Assembly (NCBI GenBank): GCA_964641355.1 | Contig: CAZXND010000001.1 | Coordinates: forward strand, 151,858 to 215,857 | DNA: 64,000 nucleotides | Reading direction: 5' to 3' | Source of the DNA: an uncultured Gammaproteobacteria bacterium | GTDB taxonomy: Bacteria; Patescibacteriota; Microgenomatia; Levybacterales; GWA1-39-11 | Shown: in pieces, positions 12,721 to 22,034 of the stretch | Position numbering within the stretch: position 1 is the first letter of the stretch | How the letters are laid out: every line of letters starts with the position of its first letter | Translations under genes and position numbers: made by a program | The notes under the pieces: generated by a model | The model's database searches: none | Told to the model about the DNA's origin: nothing | The model's input: only the letters and a program-made list of their open reading frames with translations

Positions 12721-12783
12721 AGGAATATTACAACTGCTAAATAGGCTGTCCATAAATATACAACAGCCTCCTTTTATTGTCAA
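12714..12783 (-). promoter_or_regulatory. groESL promoter with degenerate CIRCE
   Basis: Minus-strand TTGACA (12778-12783)-17 nt-TATATT (12755-12760); TTAGCAGTT-N9-CTATGCCAG (12740-12714) covers the start codon. Confidence 0.6.
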
Positions 12784-12874
12784 GATCCTTATTTAACATA
12801 CTCACACTAAAATGATTGGATGATTACATTTGACTTCTCTTCTCAAATTGTCTACGCTATACAAAGCGACACAA

Positions 12875-14011
12875 ATGAAAATTTTTAAGAATAAATATTT
12901 TATTCTAGGGAATTTATTTTTAATTTTGCTTGCAATTCCTCTTACGCTTTTCTTCATAAATCAACAACAGGAAACAAGGAGCCGAGCGGAAGCAACAAGT
13001 GTACTTTCTATTCTTCCAGCAGCAAAAACAGTAAATGTGGGAGAGGAATTTTCGCTAGATGTTCAACTGGACCCAGGACAAAATCAGGTAACCAACGTAA
13101 AAATGAGAATAACCTATGATCCAAGCAAACTTGAATTCCAAGAAATTACCCCACTTGCTCCTCTAAGCAACACTAAATCTCCAGAGGCCACCTCAAGCTC
13201 AGGAACAGCAACCGTTGATGTTTTATTTAACCCGGGGAGCAATGTAACCGCTGCTATTAGAGGACAAAGCACTAAAATCGCGACTGTAAAATTCAAGGCA
13301 CTTGAACCAACTGATCCGACAACTCCTGTTGACTTTGTTAGATCCCTAACAGAGCTTAGATCTGTCTCTAGTACTGATGCTGTTGGAGAAGATGTTCTTC
13401 AAACAGTCAATGGTGCAGTAATTACCATTCTTACTGGAGGACCAACGGTTACAGAAACACTCACCCCTACGCCAACTGGAACTTCTAATGATAAGGCTGT
13501 TTGTACAGATCTATCTTCAACAGACACCACGGGTACAGCTCCACTTTCCGTAACTCTTACTGCAAATGGCAATGATCCAGACCAAAATGGAACAATAACT
13601 AAAGCTACCTTCAATTTCGGAGACGGTCAAACAGATGAGATTACAGATAATCTTGATACACAATCAGTATTAACCCAAGTAGATCACACTTTTGAGAGTG
13701 CAGGTACATACAACGTGAGCGTCAACTTCACAGACGATCAAGGTGCAGTCGGTAACCCTTGTACTCTAACAATAACTGTTACAAATACAGACAGTGAGCC
13801 AACAGCTACTCCAACCACCACAAGTACTCAAACCGGAACAACCACCGACGACGGAACGTCAATAGCAAGCGCAACTACTGCAACACCTACTCAAATTCAA
13901 AATACCGCAAGTCCAACTCTTGCTCCAACAGGTGGAATCGTCCAAACGATTGGTGTTTTAGGAGGTATCTTCTTGTCAATAATAGCAGGAGTATTTCTTT
14001 TGACTTTATAA
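12875..14011 (+). CDS. Surface protein with cohesin-like and PKD domains, Thr/Pro-rich linkers and C-terminal TM
   Basis: VNVGEEFSLDV..ITYDPSKLEF cohesin pattern; GTAPLSVTL..FNFGDG..HTFESAGTYNV PKD; LAPTG followed by TM. Confidence 0.8.
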   Translation: MKIFKNKYFILGNLFLILLAIPLTLFFINQQQETRSRAEATSVLSILPAAKTVNVGEEFSLDVQLDPGQNQVTNVKMRITYDPSKLEFQEITPLAPLSNTKSPEATSSSGTATVDVLFNPGSNVTAAIRGQSTKIATVKFKALEPTDPTTPVDFVRSLTELRSVSSTDAVGEDVLQTVNGAVITILTGGPTVTETLTPTPTGTSNDKAVCTDLSSTDTTGTAPLSVTLTANGNDPDQNGTITKATFNFGDGQTDEITDNLDTQSVLTQVDHTFESAGTYNVSVNFTDDQGAVGNPCTLTITVTNTDSEPTATPTTTSTQTGTTTDDGTSIASATTATPTQIQNTASPTLAPTGGIVQTIGVLGGIFLSIIAGVFLLTL

Positions 14012-15769
14012 CTACACTTTAAGAACAGACAAAAAAGCTTCCTTGGGGATACTTAAATTACCTATGCTTTTCAATTTTTTCTTTCCTTCTTTTTGTTTCT
14101 CAAGAAGTTTTGCTTTTCTCGTATAATCCCCTCCTGACATTTTTGCGAGTACATTTTTTGATAGTGCAGAAATCTTTGCGCTTGCAATAACTCTTGAGCC
14201 TATTGACGCTCTTACATTAATTACAAATTGATGCTTGGGTATAGATTCAGAAAGAGCGTCAACAATTTTTCTAGAATACTGATAGGCTTCATCTTGATGA
14301 AGAATAAAAGATAGCTCAGGAACAACAGTCTCATTAAGGGCTATTTCAATTCTTACAAGGTCTGACTGACGAAATCCTTCAATTTCGTAGTCAAAAGATG
14401 CAAAACCTGAAGAAACAGATTTTATTTTGTCATAAAAATCAAATATTGCCGAGGAGAGTGGCATGGAAAACGTGATCTTTACTTGATTTCCAAAATATTC
14501 AACTTCTTTTTGCTCACCTCTTCTTGAATAAATTAAGTCCATGATTGAACCAAGAAATTCACTAGGTGTAAAAATTTCCCCACTAACATAAGGCTCCATT
14601 ATTTCTTTTTTTGATACATCAAAATCTTTTGGACTTGTGACACTTTTTCCATCAACCAAGTATTCAATACTTGGCGGAGCTGCAAAAATCTCAACCCCAA
14701 ATTCTTTTTCGATTCTTTCAATTAAAATTTGAGAATGCAAAAAACCTAGAAATCCACAACGAAACCCAGGTCCAAAAAGAGTTGAATGCTCTGAGGAAAA
14801 CGATAATGAAGCATCATTTAATTTAAGTTTAAGAAGAGCTGTTCTTAAATTTTGATAGTCTGCAGTTGAGGCAGGAAAAATACTAAGAAAAACAAAAGGT
14901 TTAACAGGTACATATCCAGGCAATGGGACTGCTTCTTTTGAGGTCGTAATTGTATCCCCTACCTTCGCCCTTGTGATATCCTTTATATTAGTTATGATAA
15001 ATCCGACTTCTCCATTAACAAGCTCGCTGGAAAAAGTAAATGACGGACTCATAAAACCTGTTTCAAGAACTATTGCTGGACTTTTATCAGAAAGAAAAGT
15101 TATCTCTTCTCCTTTTTTAATTTTTCCGTTTTTTAGCCTTACATATATAACTATACCCCTATGCTCATCGTAAACCGAATCAAAGATAAGGGCTTGCGGA
15201 GGTAAATCACTACTTCCTGCAGGTGAGGGAATTTTTCTTATTATTTCGTTAATTAATAAGTCGATACCAAGTCCCGTCTTTGCTGATATTTTAAGAATTT
15301 CATCACTCTTAAATCCAAATGCTTTTTCAATCTCGCTTTTGACCTCTTCAACACGAGCAGAATCTAAATCAATCTTATTAATTACGGGGATAATTTTTAA
15401 GTTCAATTTCTTAGCAAAGTTATAATGAGCAACTGTTTGAGCTTGAATTCCCTTTGTCGCATCAACAAGTAAAACTGCCCCTTCACAAGCGTAAAGAGTT
15501 CTTACAACTTCGTAAGAGAAATCTACGTGACCAGGAGTATCTATTAAATTAAGGATATATTTTTCACCATCCTTTTCATAGTTCATTCTAACCGGGGCTA
15601 ATTTTATAGTGATGCCTCTTTCTCGAGAAATAGGATTACTATCAAGAAATTGTTCCTGAAGATCTTCTCTTCTAACTGTATTAGTTACCTCAAGAAGTCT
15701 ATCGGCAAGTGTAGACTTTCCGTGATCGATATGAGCAATAATCGCAAAATTTCTAATTCGACTCTGCAT
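14012..15769 (-). CDS. lepA: Elongation factor 4 (LepA)
   Basis: IAHIDHGKSTLADRLL, RERGITIK, DTPGHVDF and KLLEKQKEGKKK. Confidence 0.97.
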   Translation of the reverse strand: MQSRIRNFAIIAHIDHGKSTLADRLLEVTNTVRREDLQEQFLDSNPISRERGITIKLAPVRMNYEKDGEKYILNLIDTPGHVDFSYEVVRTLYACEGAVLLVDATKGIQAQTVAHYNFAKKLNLKIIPVINKIDLDSARVEEVKSEIEKAFGFKSDEILKISAKTGLGIDLLINEIIRKIPSPAGSSDLPPQALIFDSVYDEHRGIVIYVRLKNGKIKKGEEITFLSDKSPAIVLETGFMSPSFTFSSELVNGEVGFIITNIKDITRAKVGDTITTSKEAVPLPGYVPVKPFVFLSIFPASTADYQNLRTALLKLKLNDASLSFSSEHSTLFGPGFRCGFLGFLHSQILIERIEKEFGVEIFAAPPSIEYLVDGKSVTSPKDFDVSKKEIMEPYVSGEIFTPSEFLGSIMDLIYSRRGEQKEVEYFGNQVKITFSMPLSSAIFDFYDKIKSVSSGFASFDYEIEGFRQSDLVRIEIALNETVVPELSFILHQDEAYQYSRKIVDALSESIPKHQFVINVRASIGSRVIASAKISALSKNVLAKMSGGDYTRKAKLLEKQKEGKKKLKSIGNLSIPKEAFLSVLKV

Positions 15770-15816
15770 AAAGTTGGGCTTTTATTATACTTTCTAAATA
15801 ATTACTCAACAAGAGG

Positions 15817-17463
15817 CTAAGTATTGAGGTTGGGACCATTAATAATTTCCCCTATTTGCTTTAAAATTTTCTTCCTACTACTAAATTGTTTCAGAACATC
15901 AACAATATAAAAAGCTTCCTTTATATCAAGAAGCCAAGTGAAAAAAACATAGGAAGCTATTCCAAAAAATGATGCAATACCAGTTAAAAGAAGCAAATTG
16001 ATCGTTCTAGTAGAATCAAAAACTAACTGGTCTAGGAGCTTCACGGGAATATACAATGCAACACCCATGATCAGTGCTGCAAGACCAATCTTTGTTGTGC
16101 TAATTATCATCTCGATCTTTGGAAGGTTTATTTTTTTATTTATATAGATGATAAGAAGAGTAATACTCACAATATTAGATAAGGAATAACCGAAAGCAAG
16201 ATATGAAATAGGAAGTTTATTAACCATTATCGCAATATAAGAAAAAGCAATATAAAAAATGACTGAAAGTAGAGTGATAAAAAATGGAGTTTTTGTGTCT
16301 TTAAATGCAAAAAAGCCTCTTGAAAAGAGATAGATTAACGCTTGAGCAAAAAGAGAAAGTGAGAAAAGAGCAAGAACAAATCCTGTCTCCGTTGTTGCAG
16401 ACCAATCAAATCTTGACGCACCATAAACAAGTCTTACAACAGGAATTCTTAATACAATAAGAATAGCGCTGATAGGCAAAGTTAAGTAAAGAATTTGATT
16501 GAACGAAGCCATAAATATCGAAGTAAACTCATCTTTACTTTCATGCTTCATAGATAGAGCGGGAAAACTAGCTTGTGCAATAGATTGACCAAAAAGAAGA
16601 ACTGGTGCCATCACTAGAGTTTGAGCGAGCTCAAATATTCCATAACTTCTTGAGGAAGTAAAGGAGGCAAAAAACAAACTCGCCATAACTGCGATTTGAG
16701 CTACTATTATCGTTAGAGATCGTGGAAGCATAAGTTTGAATATCTTCATCACTCCATTCTTCAAGTCAAAACTTATGTAATATTTGAATCCAGTATGGGA
16801 AAGTCCAGGAATCTGAACAACAAGAAAGAGAAATGAGCCAAGAAGAGCTCCATATGCTGCACCATATATTCCCATAAAAGGTGTTAATATAAGTATTCCC
16901 ATTATTATTCCCAAATTATAGAAAGACGTTGCAATTCCAGCTATTAAGAAGTGCTGAAAAGATTGGAGAATAGCCGTAATTATGGTTCCAAGAATAAAGA
17001 ATACCTGGGACACTTGAATGATTTTCATTAAATTCGACATTTGTTCTCTTTCCTGTGTAGAAAACCCAGGAGCGCTTAAATATGAAAACTGGTAAGAAAA
17101 AAGCATAATGAAAGCAGAAACTATTATAAAAACAGCAAAACCAATAGTAATTAATGAAGAAGTAAAAGCATATGCCTCATTTTTTTTATTTTTTGAGATA
17201 TAGTCAGAAAAAATAGGAATAAAAGATGTCGAAAGTGCACCTGCTATTATCACTTGAAAAATTAAGTCAGGAATTCTAAACGAAGCAAAAAAGACTCCCA
17301 ACTCATTAGATGCTCCGAATACTGAGACTAATAATCTGTATTTAAGAAGCCCAAGGATTTGAGAAAATATTGTAGTGATAATGATAAAAAAAGCGGCTGA
17401 GATTATATTGGTCTGTTTAGACACAAAAGCACTCAACCCTTTCTTCACCAAACTTTGAACCAT
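15817..17463 (-). CDS. murJ: Lipid II flippase MurJ/MviN
   Basis: FRIPDL..GALSTSFIPIF, RGFFAFKDTKTP, about 14 TM; start set at MVQS. Confidence 0.92.
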   Translation of the reverse strand: MVQSLVKKGLSAFVSKQTNIISAAFFIIITTIFSQILGLLKYRLLVSVFGASNELGVFFASFRIPDLIFQVIIAGALSTSFIPIFSDYISKNKKNEAYAFTSSLITIGFAVFIIVSAFIMLFSYQFSYLSAPGFSTQEREQMSNLMKIIQVSQVFFILGTIITAILQSFQHFLIAGIATSFYNLGIIMGILILTPFMGIYGAAYGALLGSFLFLVVQIPGLSHTGFKYYISFDLKNGVMKIFKLMLPRSLTIIVAQIAVMASLFFASFTSSRSYGIFELAQTLVMAPVLLFGQSIAQASFPALSMKHESKDEFTSIFMASFNQILYLTLPISAILIVLRIPVVRLVYGASRFDWSATTETGFVLALFSLSLFAQALIYLFSRGFFAFKDTKTPFFITLLSVIFYIAFSYIAIMVNKLPISYLAFGYSLSNIVSITLLIIYINKKINLPKIEMIISTTKIGLAALIMGVALYIPVKLLDQLVFDSTRTINLLLLTGIASFFGIASYVFFTWLLDIKEAFYIVDVLKQFSSRKKILKQIGEIINGPNLNT

Positions 17464-17504
17464 GGATTGTTGTGTTTTTAAGTATAGCATGTTAAAATGG
17501 CCAG

Positions 17505-17810
17505 ATGCCAGTAACAAAATCTGCAATTAAAACTCTTAGAAAAGAGCGAAGAAAAGAAAAGATAAATGATTCTTTCCGTGAGGCTCTTGCAAAAAGTTTG
17601 AAACAAGCAAAGAAATTAAAGTCAACAGAAATCGTAAAAAAAGCTATTTCACTTACAGATAAAGCTGTTAAAAAGAAGTTAATTCATAAGAATAAAGCCG
17701 CAAGAATAAAGAGTGGGTTATCCAAACTTGTAACAATTACCAATGACAAACCCAAAATTTCTAAAACTTCGCCCAAAACCCGTCAGAAATCAAAAAAAAC
17801 CTCAAAATAG
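17505..17810 (+). CDS. rpsT: 30S ribosomal protein S20 with basic C-terminal extension
   Basis: MPVTKSAIK..DKAVKKKLIHKNKAARIKS. Confidence 0.95.
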   Translation: MPVTKSAIKTLRKERRKEKINDSFREALAKSLKQAKKLKSTEIVKKAISLTDKAVKKKLIHKNKAARIKSGLSKLVTITNDKPKISKTSPKTRQKSKKTSK

Positions 17811-17858
17811 CCTTACTTCTTTTTGACAAAAACCTCAAAAGACTTTAAACTGAATCTA

Positions 17859-18407
17859 ATGCCTGATTTGAAAATCAAAATTGATTTGAGTGGAAAAACC
17901 AAAGAAAAATTTTCAGATATTTTTTTCAAATGGTCAATCAACGTAGGAAAGATAATAATAATAGGAACAGAGCTTTTAGCCTTGGGAGCATTTTCCTATC
18001 GCTTCTATATTGATAGAAAAATTGTAGATCTCCACGATGAAATCAAAAAAGAGGAAATACTTGTTAAGTCTCAAGAAAAAAACGAACTATTATATAGAGA
18101 GCTTCAACAAAAATTAGAAAGTGTAAAAAATATTACAGAAGAAACAAAAAGCAAAATTACCATCCTTCAAAATATCCTTGATAGTAAAAAGAACTCTTAC
18201 TTTACAACTAAAAGTCTGTCAATAAATGGAAATACTATCGTGATTGAAGGAACCGCTTTTTCGATTTTTTCCATAAATAGCTTTATTGAGGAAATTAAAA
18301 AGGATCCAATGGTTATTGCAATAGATCTCAGCGAGATTGAAAGTCTCGCCGAGGGAGTAGATTTTAAACTTAATGTAGAACTTAAAAGTGAAGGAGAAAA
18401 TATTTAA
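17859..18407 (+). CDS. pilN: PilN-like type IV pilus assembly protein
   Basis: TM, coiled coil and ferredoxin-like C-domain (IVIEGTA..FIEEIKK); precedes a PilO-like gene; TTGACA-17-TAAACT promoter upstream. Confidence 0.65.
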   Translation: MPDLKIKIDLSGKTKEKFSDIFFKWSINVGKIIIIGTELLALGAFSYRFYIDRKIVDLHDEIKKEEILVKSQEKNELLYRELQQKLESVKNITEETKSKITILQNILDSKKNSYFTTKSLSINGNTIVIEGTAFSIFSINSFIEEIKKDPMVIAIDLSEIESLAEGVDFKLNVELKSEGENI

Positions 18408-18408
18408 A

Positions 18409-19023
18409 ATGCAAGAAAAAAAACAATTAATACAAAAATATAGAAACTATTTTGTTAGAAGATTCAGGAGTCAAGATAAAAGAAAAATAACAGGATCCTT
18501 ATATATTATTTTTTCTTTATTTACTATTTCTATTTTTGGAATGTTTGCTATAAATCCTTCTTTGTCAACCGTTTCGAATCTACAAAAACAATATGATGAT
18601 AATAAAATAATTTTGAATGCACTAAAAACAAAAAGACTTGCTCTTGCTAATCTTAATCAAGAATATGTTGCACTTAATCCGGACCTCTTCTACGTTGATG
18701 CGGCCATACCAACTAGCTCTAAGATAGCGCTTTTAACCAGACAGATTGAGACATTAGTTAGTTTGTACAATTTAACTTTGAAAAATTTAGACTTTGGAAC
18801 AGTAGAACTCTATCCTTTGGGAAATTCTAACTCCCCCATTTATTCTTTCACTTTTAATTTGCAAGTTGAAGGAGAAAATAGTGCTGTTTCAAGCTTTGTA
18901 TCAGAATTCATAAATTTCTCAAGACTTATTAGCGTAGACCGAATGAGCTTTTCTAAAAATAATGAGGGTTTTTCTACAGCAAATATTGTAGGGAAGGCTT
19001 ACTTTTACAATAGCAAGAATTAA
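18409..19023 (+). CDS. pilO: PilO-like type IV pilus assembly protein
   Basis: TM, coiled coil, AIP motif, and VEG..FVSEFINFSRLISVD. Confidence 0.75.
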   Translation: MQEKKQLIQKYRNYFVRRFRSQDKRKITGSLYIIFSLFTISIFGMFAINPSLSTVSNLQKQYDDNKIILNALKTKRLALANLNQEYVALNPDLFYVDAAIPTSSKIALLTRQIETLVSLYNLTLKNLDFGTVELYPLGNSNSPIYSFTFNLQVEGENSAVSSFVSEFINFSRLISVDRMSFSKNNEGFSTANIVGKAYFYNSKN

Positions 19024-19362
19024 ATGAAAAATTTTGTTTACTTATCATTCTTCACTGCTTTTGTCGCACTTTCATGGATAATTTTTTCAGTTATCCACAA
19101 CTCTACCACCTCGACTATTACACAAGATACGGGAATTATCATCAAACCCATAAATTCAAAATTTGATATAAAAACTTTAGACGGAATCAAAAAGAGAAAA
19201 AATCTTTCTGTCAATCTATCAGAAGAAATTGCAACGCCCTCAAGTATAATTTTGACCCCTACACCCAATCCAAGTGGAACAGAGTCCGCCGAAGTTATTC
19301 AGTCTCAGGAAGCCTCAAAGATCAATCAATCAGCGCAAAGTTCTATAGAAACAAATCCATGA
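19024..19362 (+). CDS. Hypothetical membrane-anchored protein with S/T/P-rich tail
   Basis: N-terminal TM; operonic with pilN/pilO. Confidence 0.7.
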   Translation: MKNFVYLSFFTAFVALSWIIFSVIHNSTTSTITQDTGIIIKPINSKFDIKTLDGIKKRKNLSVNLSEEIATPSSIILTPTPNPSGTESAEVIQSQEASKINQSAQSSIETNP

Positions 19363-20735
19363 GTAATGTTTTTAGCAAAAGAATTCCAAATATAGGGGCA
19401 CTACTTTTATTGCTCTTTACCATAGGGATCACAACTTTTTTTATACAGAAAAATACAAACCTTATCGGAAAAGCTTCTCCTAATATAAACCCTCAAGATA
19501 TAAAAATTACAAATATCACTGATACCTCCTTTACAGTCTCATTCACGACTAATGAAAAAAGCTCTGCTGCAATTAACATTGAAGGGTCTGGAATTCAAAA
19601 CCCCTTAATATTTGATGTAAGAGATAGAACTAACGGAAATCAAGGAGAGTATTATTCTCACTATATCACGGTCTCAGGTCTTAACCCTCAAACTGAATAT
19701 AAATTCTCTATAATAATTGGTGACAAAACGATCATTAACGGGGAACAACCGTTTATAACTTCTACTGGAAAAGAGATTAAAACTCCCACCCCATCTCAAT
19801 ATATTACGGGGCTCATTGTACATCCAGATGGAGAAGTTGCAAAAGACACCATTGTCTATTTAAACACAGATGGAGCTGAACCCATATCTACACTGACAGA
19901 CTCACAAGGCGCTTATAGTATTCCACTTAATAACATCAGAACTTCTTCGCTTGAAAGCATTATTTCTTTAAAAAAGAATCAAATTATAAATCTTGAGGCT
20001 AGATATCAAAATCTTTTCTCAAAAACCTCGCTAAATTATGCAAAAGGTCTATCTTACATTCCGACAATTATTTTAAGTGATAACTATACATTCGAAAGTC
20101 AAACTAATGACGTCTCTTCTGTTTCATCACAACTTTCTTTATCAACTCAAACAGATAGAGATGTATCAAAAATAGAAATACTTTCACCTAAAGAAGGGCA
20201 GTCATTGGTCGATACCAAACCCACGATACAAGGTATTTCTTCACCTAATACCATTGTTAAAATAACTATTAACTCTGGAATCGCTATTATAGGAGAAGTT
20301 AAAAGCGATAGTAACGGATTTTGGAGCTTTAGACCCTCCACATCGCTATCTCCTGGTAAACATACTGTTACAGTAGAAACTGTAAACAATTTTGGTATTA
20401 CAAAAGCAATTAAACAAACCTTCACTGTCTTTGCTGAAGGGAGTCAAGTGCAACAATCCGCTACTCCATCAGCAACACCAAAAATTACCATCACTCCCAC
20501 TTCTACTACAACTCCAATCCCATCTATCACTCAAAAAGTTAGCCCATCGCCAACGGTTTACACAACTACCTCACCCACCCCAAGCGAAATTTTTCAAGCA
20601 AAAGGAGGAAATATTAATATTTCTCCAACTCAAACAATTGAAAGCCCTGGATCTTCAGATCAAACCCTACTTTTGACATTTTTATCATTTGGCCTTATAT
20701 TAACTGGGTCTGCCCTTCTTTTCATTTTAATATAA
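19359..20735 (+). CDS. Surface protein with fibronectin type III and Ig-like domains and C-terminal TM
   Basis: ITNITDTSFTVSF..HYITVSGLNPQTEYKF FN3; DTKPTIQG..GFWSF..GKHTVTV Ig-like; T/P-rich linker. Confidence 0.8.
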   Translation: MSNVFSKRIPNIGALLLLLFTIGITTFFIQKNTNLIGKASPNINPQDIKITNITDTSFTVSFTTNEKSSAAINIEGSGIQNPLIFDVRDRTNGNQGEYYSHYITVSGLNPQTEYKFSIIIGDKTIINGEQPFITSTGKEIKTPTPSQYITGLIVHPDGEVAKDTIVYLNTDGAEPISTLTDSQGAYSIPLNNIRTSSLESIISLKKNQIINLEARYQNLFSKTSLNYAKGLSYIPTIILSDNYTFESQTNDVSSVSSQLSLSTQTDRDVSKIEILSPKEGQSLVDTKPTIQGISSPNTIVKITINSGIAIIGEVKSDSNGFWSFRPSTSLSPGKHTVTVETVNNFGITKAIKQTFTVFAEGSQVQQSATPSATPKITITPTSTTTPIPSITQKVSPSPTVYTTTSPTPSEIFQAKGGNINISPTQTIESPGSSDQTLLLTFLSFGLILTGSALLFILI

Positions 20736-20750
20736 AATATCCGAATACAG

Positions 20751-22034
20751 ATGAAAGTTGGAATTATAGGTGCTGGTTTTACCGGTCTATCAGCCGCATA
20801 TTTTCTTCAAAAAAATAATCATGATGTAACCATAATCGAGCAAGATTTTTTGCCCGGTGGGCTCGCAGTTGGTTATAAAGAAAAAAAATGGAATTGGACC
20901 CTTGAAAAGCACTACCATCATTTTTTTACAAACGACAAAGATATTATTAATCTTACAAGAGAGATTGGGGAAAAAATCCTAGTTAAAAGACCAAAAACTT
21001 CAGTTCTGATCAACGAAGAAATAGTACAGTTAGATTCCCCCCTTAAACTTCTATTATTTAAAAAATTAAATATAGTAGATAGAATTAGAATGGCAGGAGC
21101 TCTTGCCATTCTAAGATATAACCCTTTCTGGAAGCCACTAGAAAAGTACAAAGCCGTCGATATTCTTCCTAAAATCATGGGCAAAAAAGCATATAAACTT
21201 ATATGGGAACCTCAACTTATTGGCAAGTTTGGAAAATTTTCACGAAATATTTCACTAGCTTGGTTTTGGGCAAGAATTAAAAAAAGAACTACGCAATTAG
21301 CGTATCCCGAAAAAGGTTTTCTAAACCTAGCAAAAAAACTATCAAACATTATCTCATCGAATGGGGGGAGAATAATGTTTGGAACTAGTGTTGTCCAAAT
21401 ACAAACTGGCAAAAAACTTGCGTTAGTCACAGAGAAAAATGGAAAAAAAGAAAAAATGATGTTTGATGCAATAATAGTAACTCTTCCGTCATCGTTATTT
21501 TACAAAATTGCAAAAGAATATCCATACAGCTTCAAGAAAAATCTTGCAAAGAGAGAAAGTCTTGGAGCCATCAACTTAATCTTAAGACTTAAAACCAAAT
21601 TTATTAGAAACTCTACATATTGGTTAAGTATTTGTGAGAAAAACTATCCGTTTACCGCAATTGTCGAACATACAAATTTTATGGGCTCAACAAACTACAA
21701 TAAAGAACATATCGTTTATGTTGGTAAATATCTTCCAAGAAACCATGAATATTTTTCAAAAAATGCAAAAGAGCTACTTGAGATTTATGATCCTTATCTC
21801 AAAAAGATTAACCCGGAATATAGAAAAGACTTGATTAATATAGATATTTTTAAAGCCCCTTTCGCTCAACCAATTGTCACTCCCAATTACTCAAAAAAAA
21901 TTCCTTCTTTTTTTACTCCAATAAAAAATGTTTATCTTGCCAATATCGAACAAGTTTACCCATGGGATAGAGGAACAAATTACGCAGTCTCGCTAGGAAA
22001 AAAAATAGCAAAAATTACAAATGAAAATTTTTAA
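20751..22034 (+). CDS. FAD-dependent oxidoreductase (amine oxidase/protoporphyrinogen oxidase-like)
   Basis: GIIGAGFTGL Rossmann motif, LEKHYHHFF, VYPWDRGTNYAV. Confidence 0.85.
   Translation: MKVGIIGAGFTGLSAAYFLQKNNHDVTIIEQDFLPGGLAVGYKEKKWNWTLEKHYHHFFTNDKDIINLTREIGEKILVKRPKTSVLINEEIVQLDSPLKLLLFKKLNIVDRIRMAGALAILRYNPFWKPLEKYKAVDILPKIMGKKAYKLIWEPQLIGKFGKFSRNISLAWFWARIKKRTTQLAYPEKGFLNLAKKLSNIISSNGGRIMFGTSVVQIQTGKKLALVTEKNGKKEKMMFDAIIVTLPSSLFYKIAKEYPYSFKKNLAKRESLGAINLILRLKTKFIRNSTYWLSICEKNYPFTAIVEHTNFMGSTNYNKEHIVYVGKYLPRNHEYFSKNAKELLEIYDPYLKKINPEYRKDLINIDIFKAPFAQPIVTPNYSKKIPSFFTPIKNVYLANIEQVYPWDRGTNYAVSLGKKIAKITNENF

Noticed and set aside
13551-13563. TAACTCTTACTGC, a 13-nt match to RNA element B
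   Set aside because: Inside a CDS and lacks the GTCCTT/AGAGACT half and closing stem; chance match
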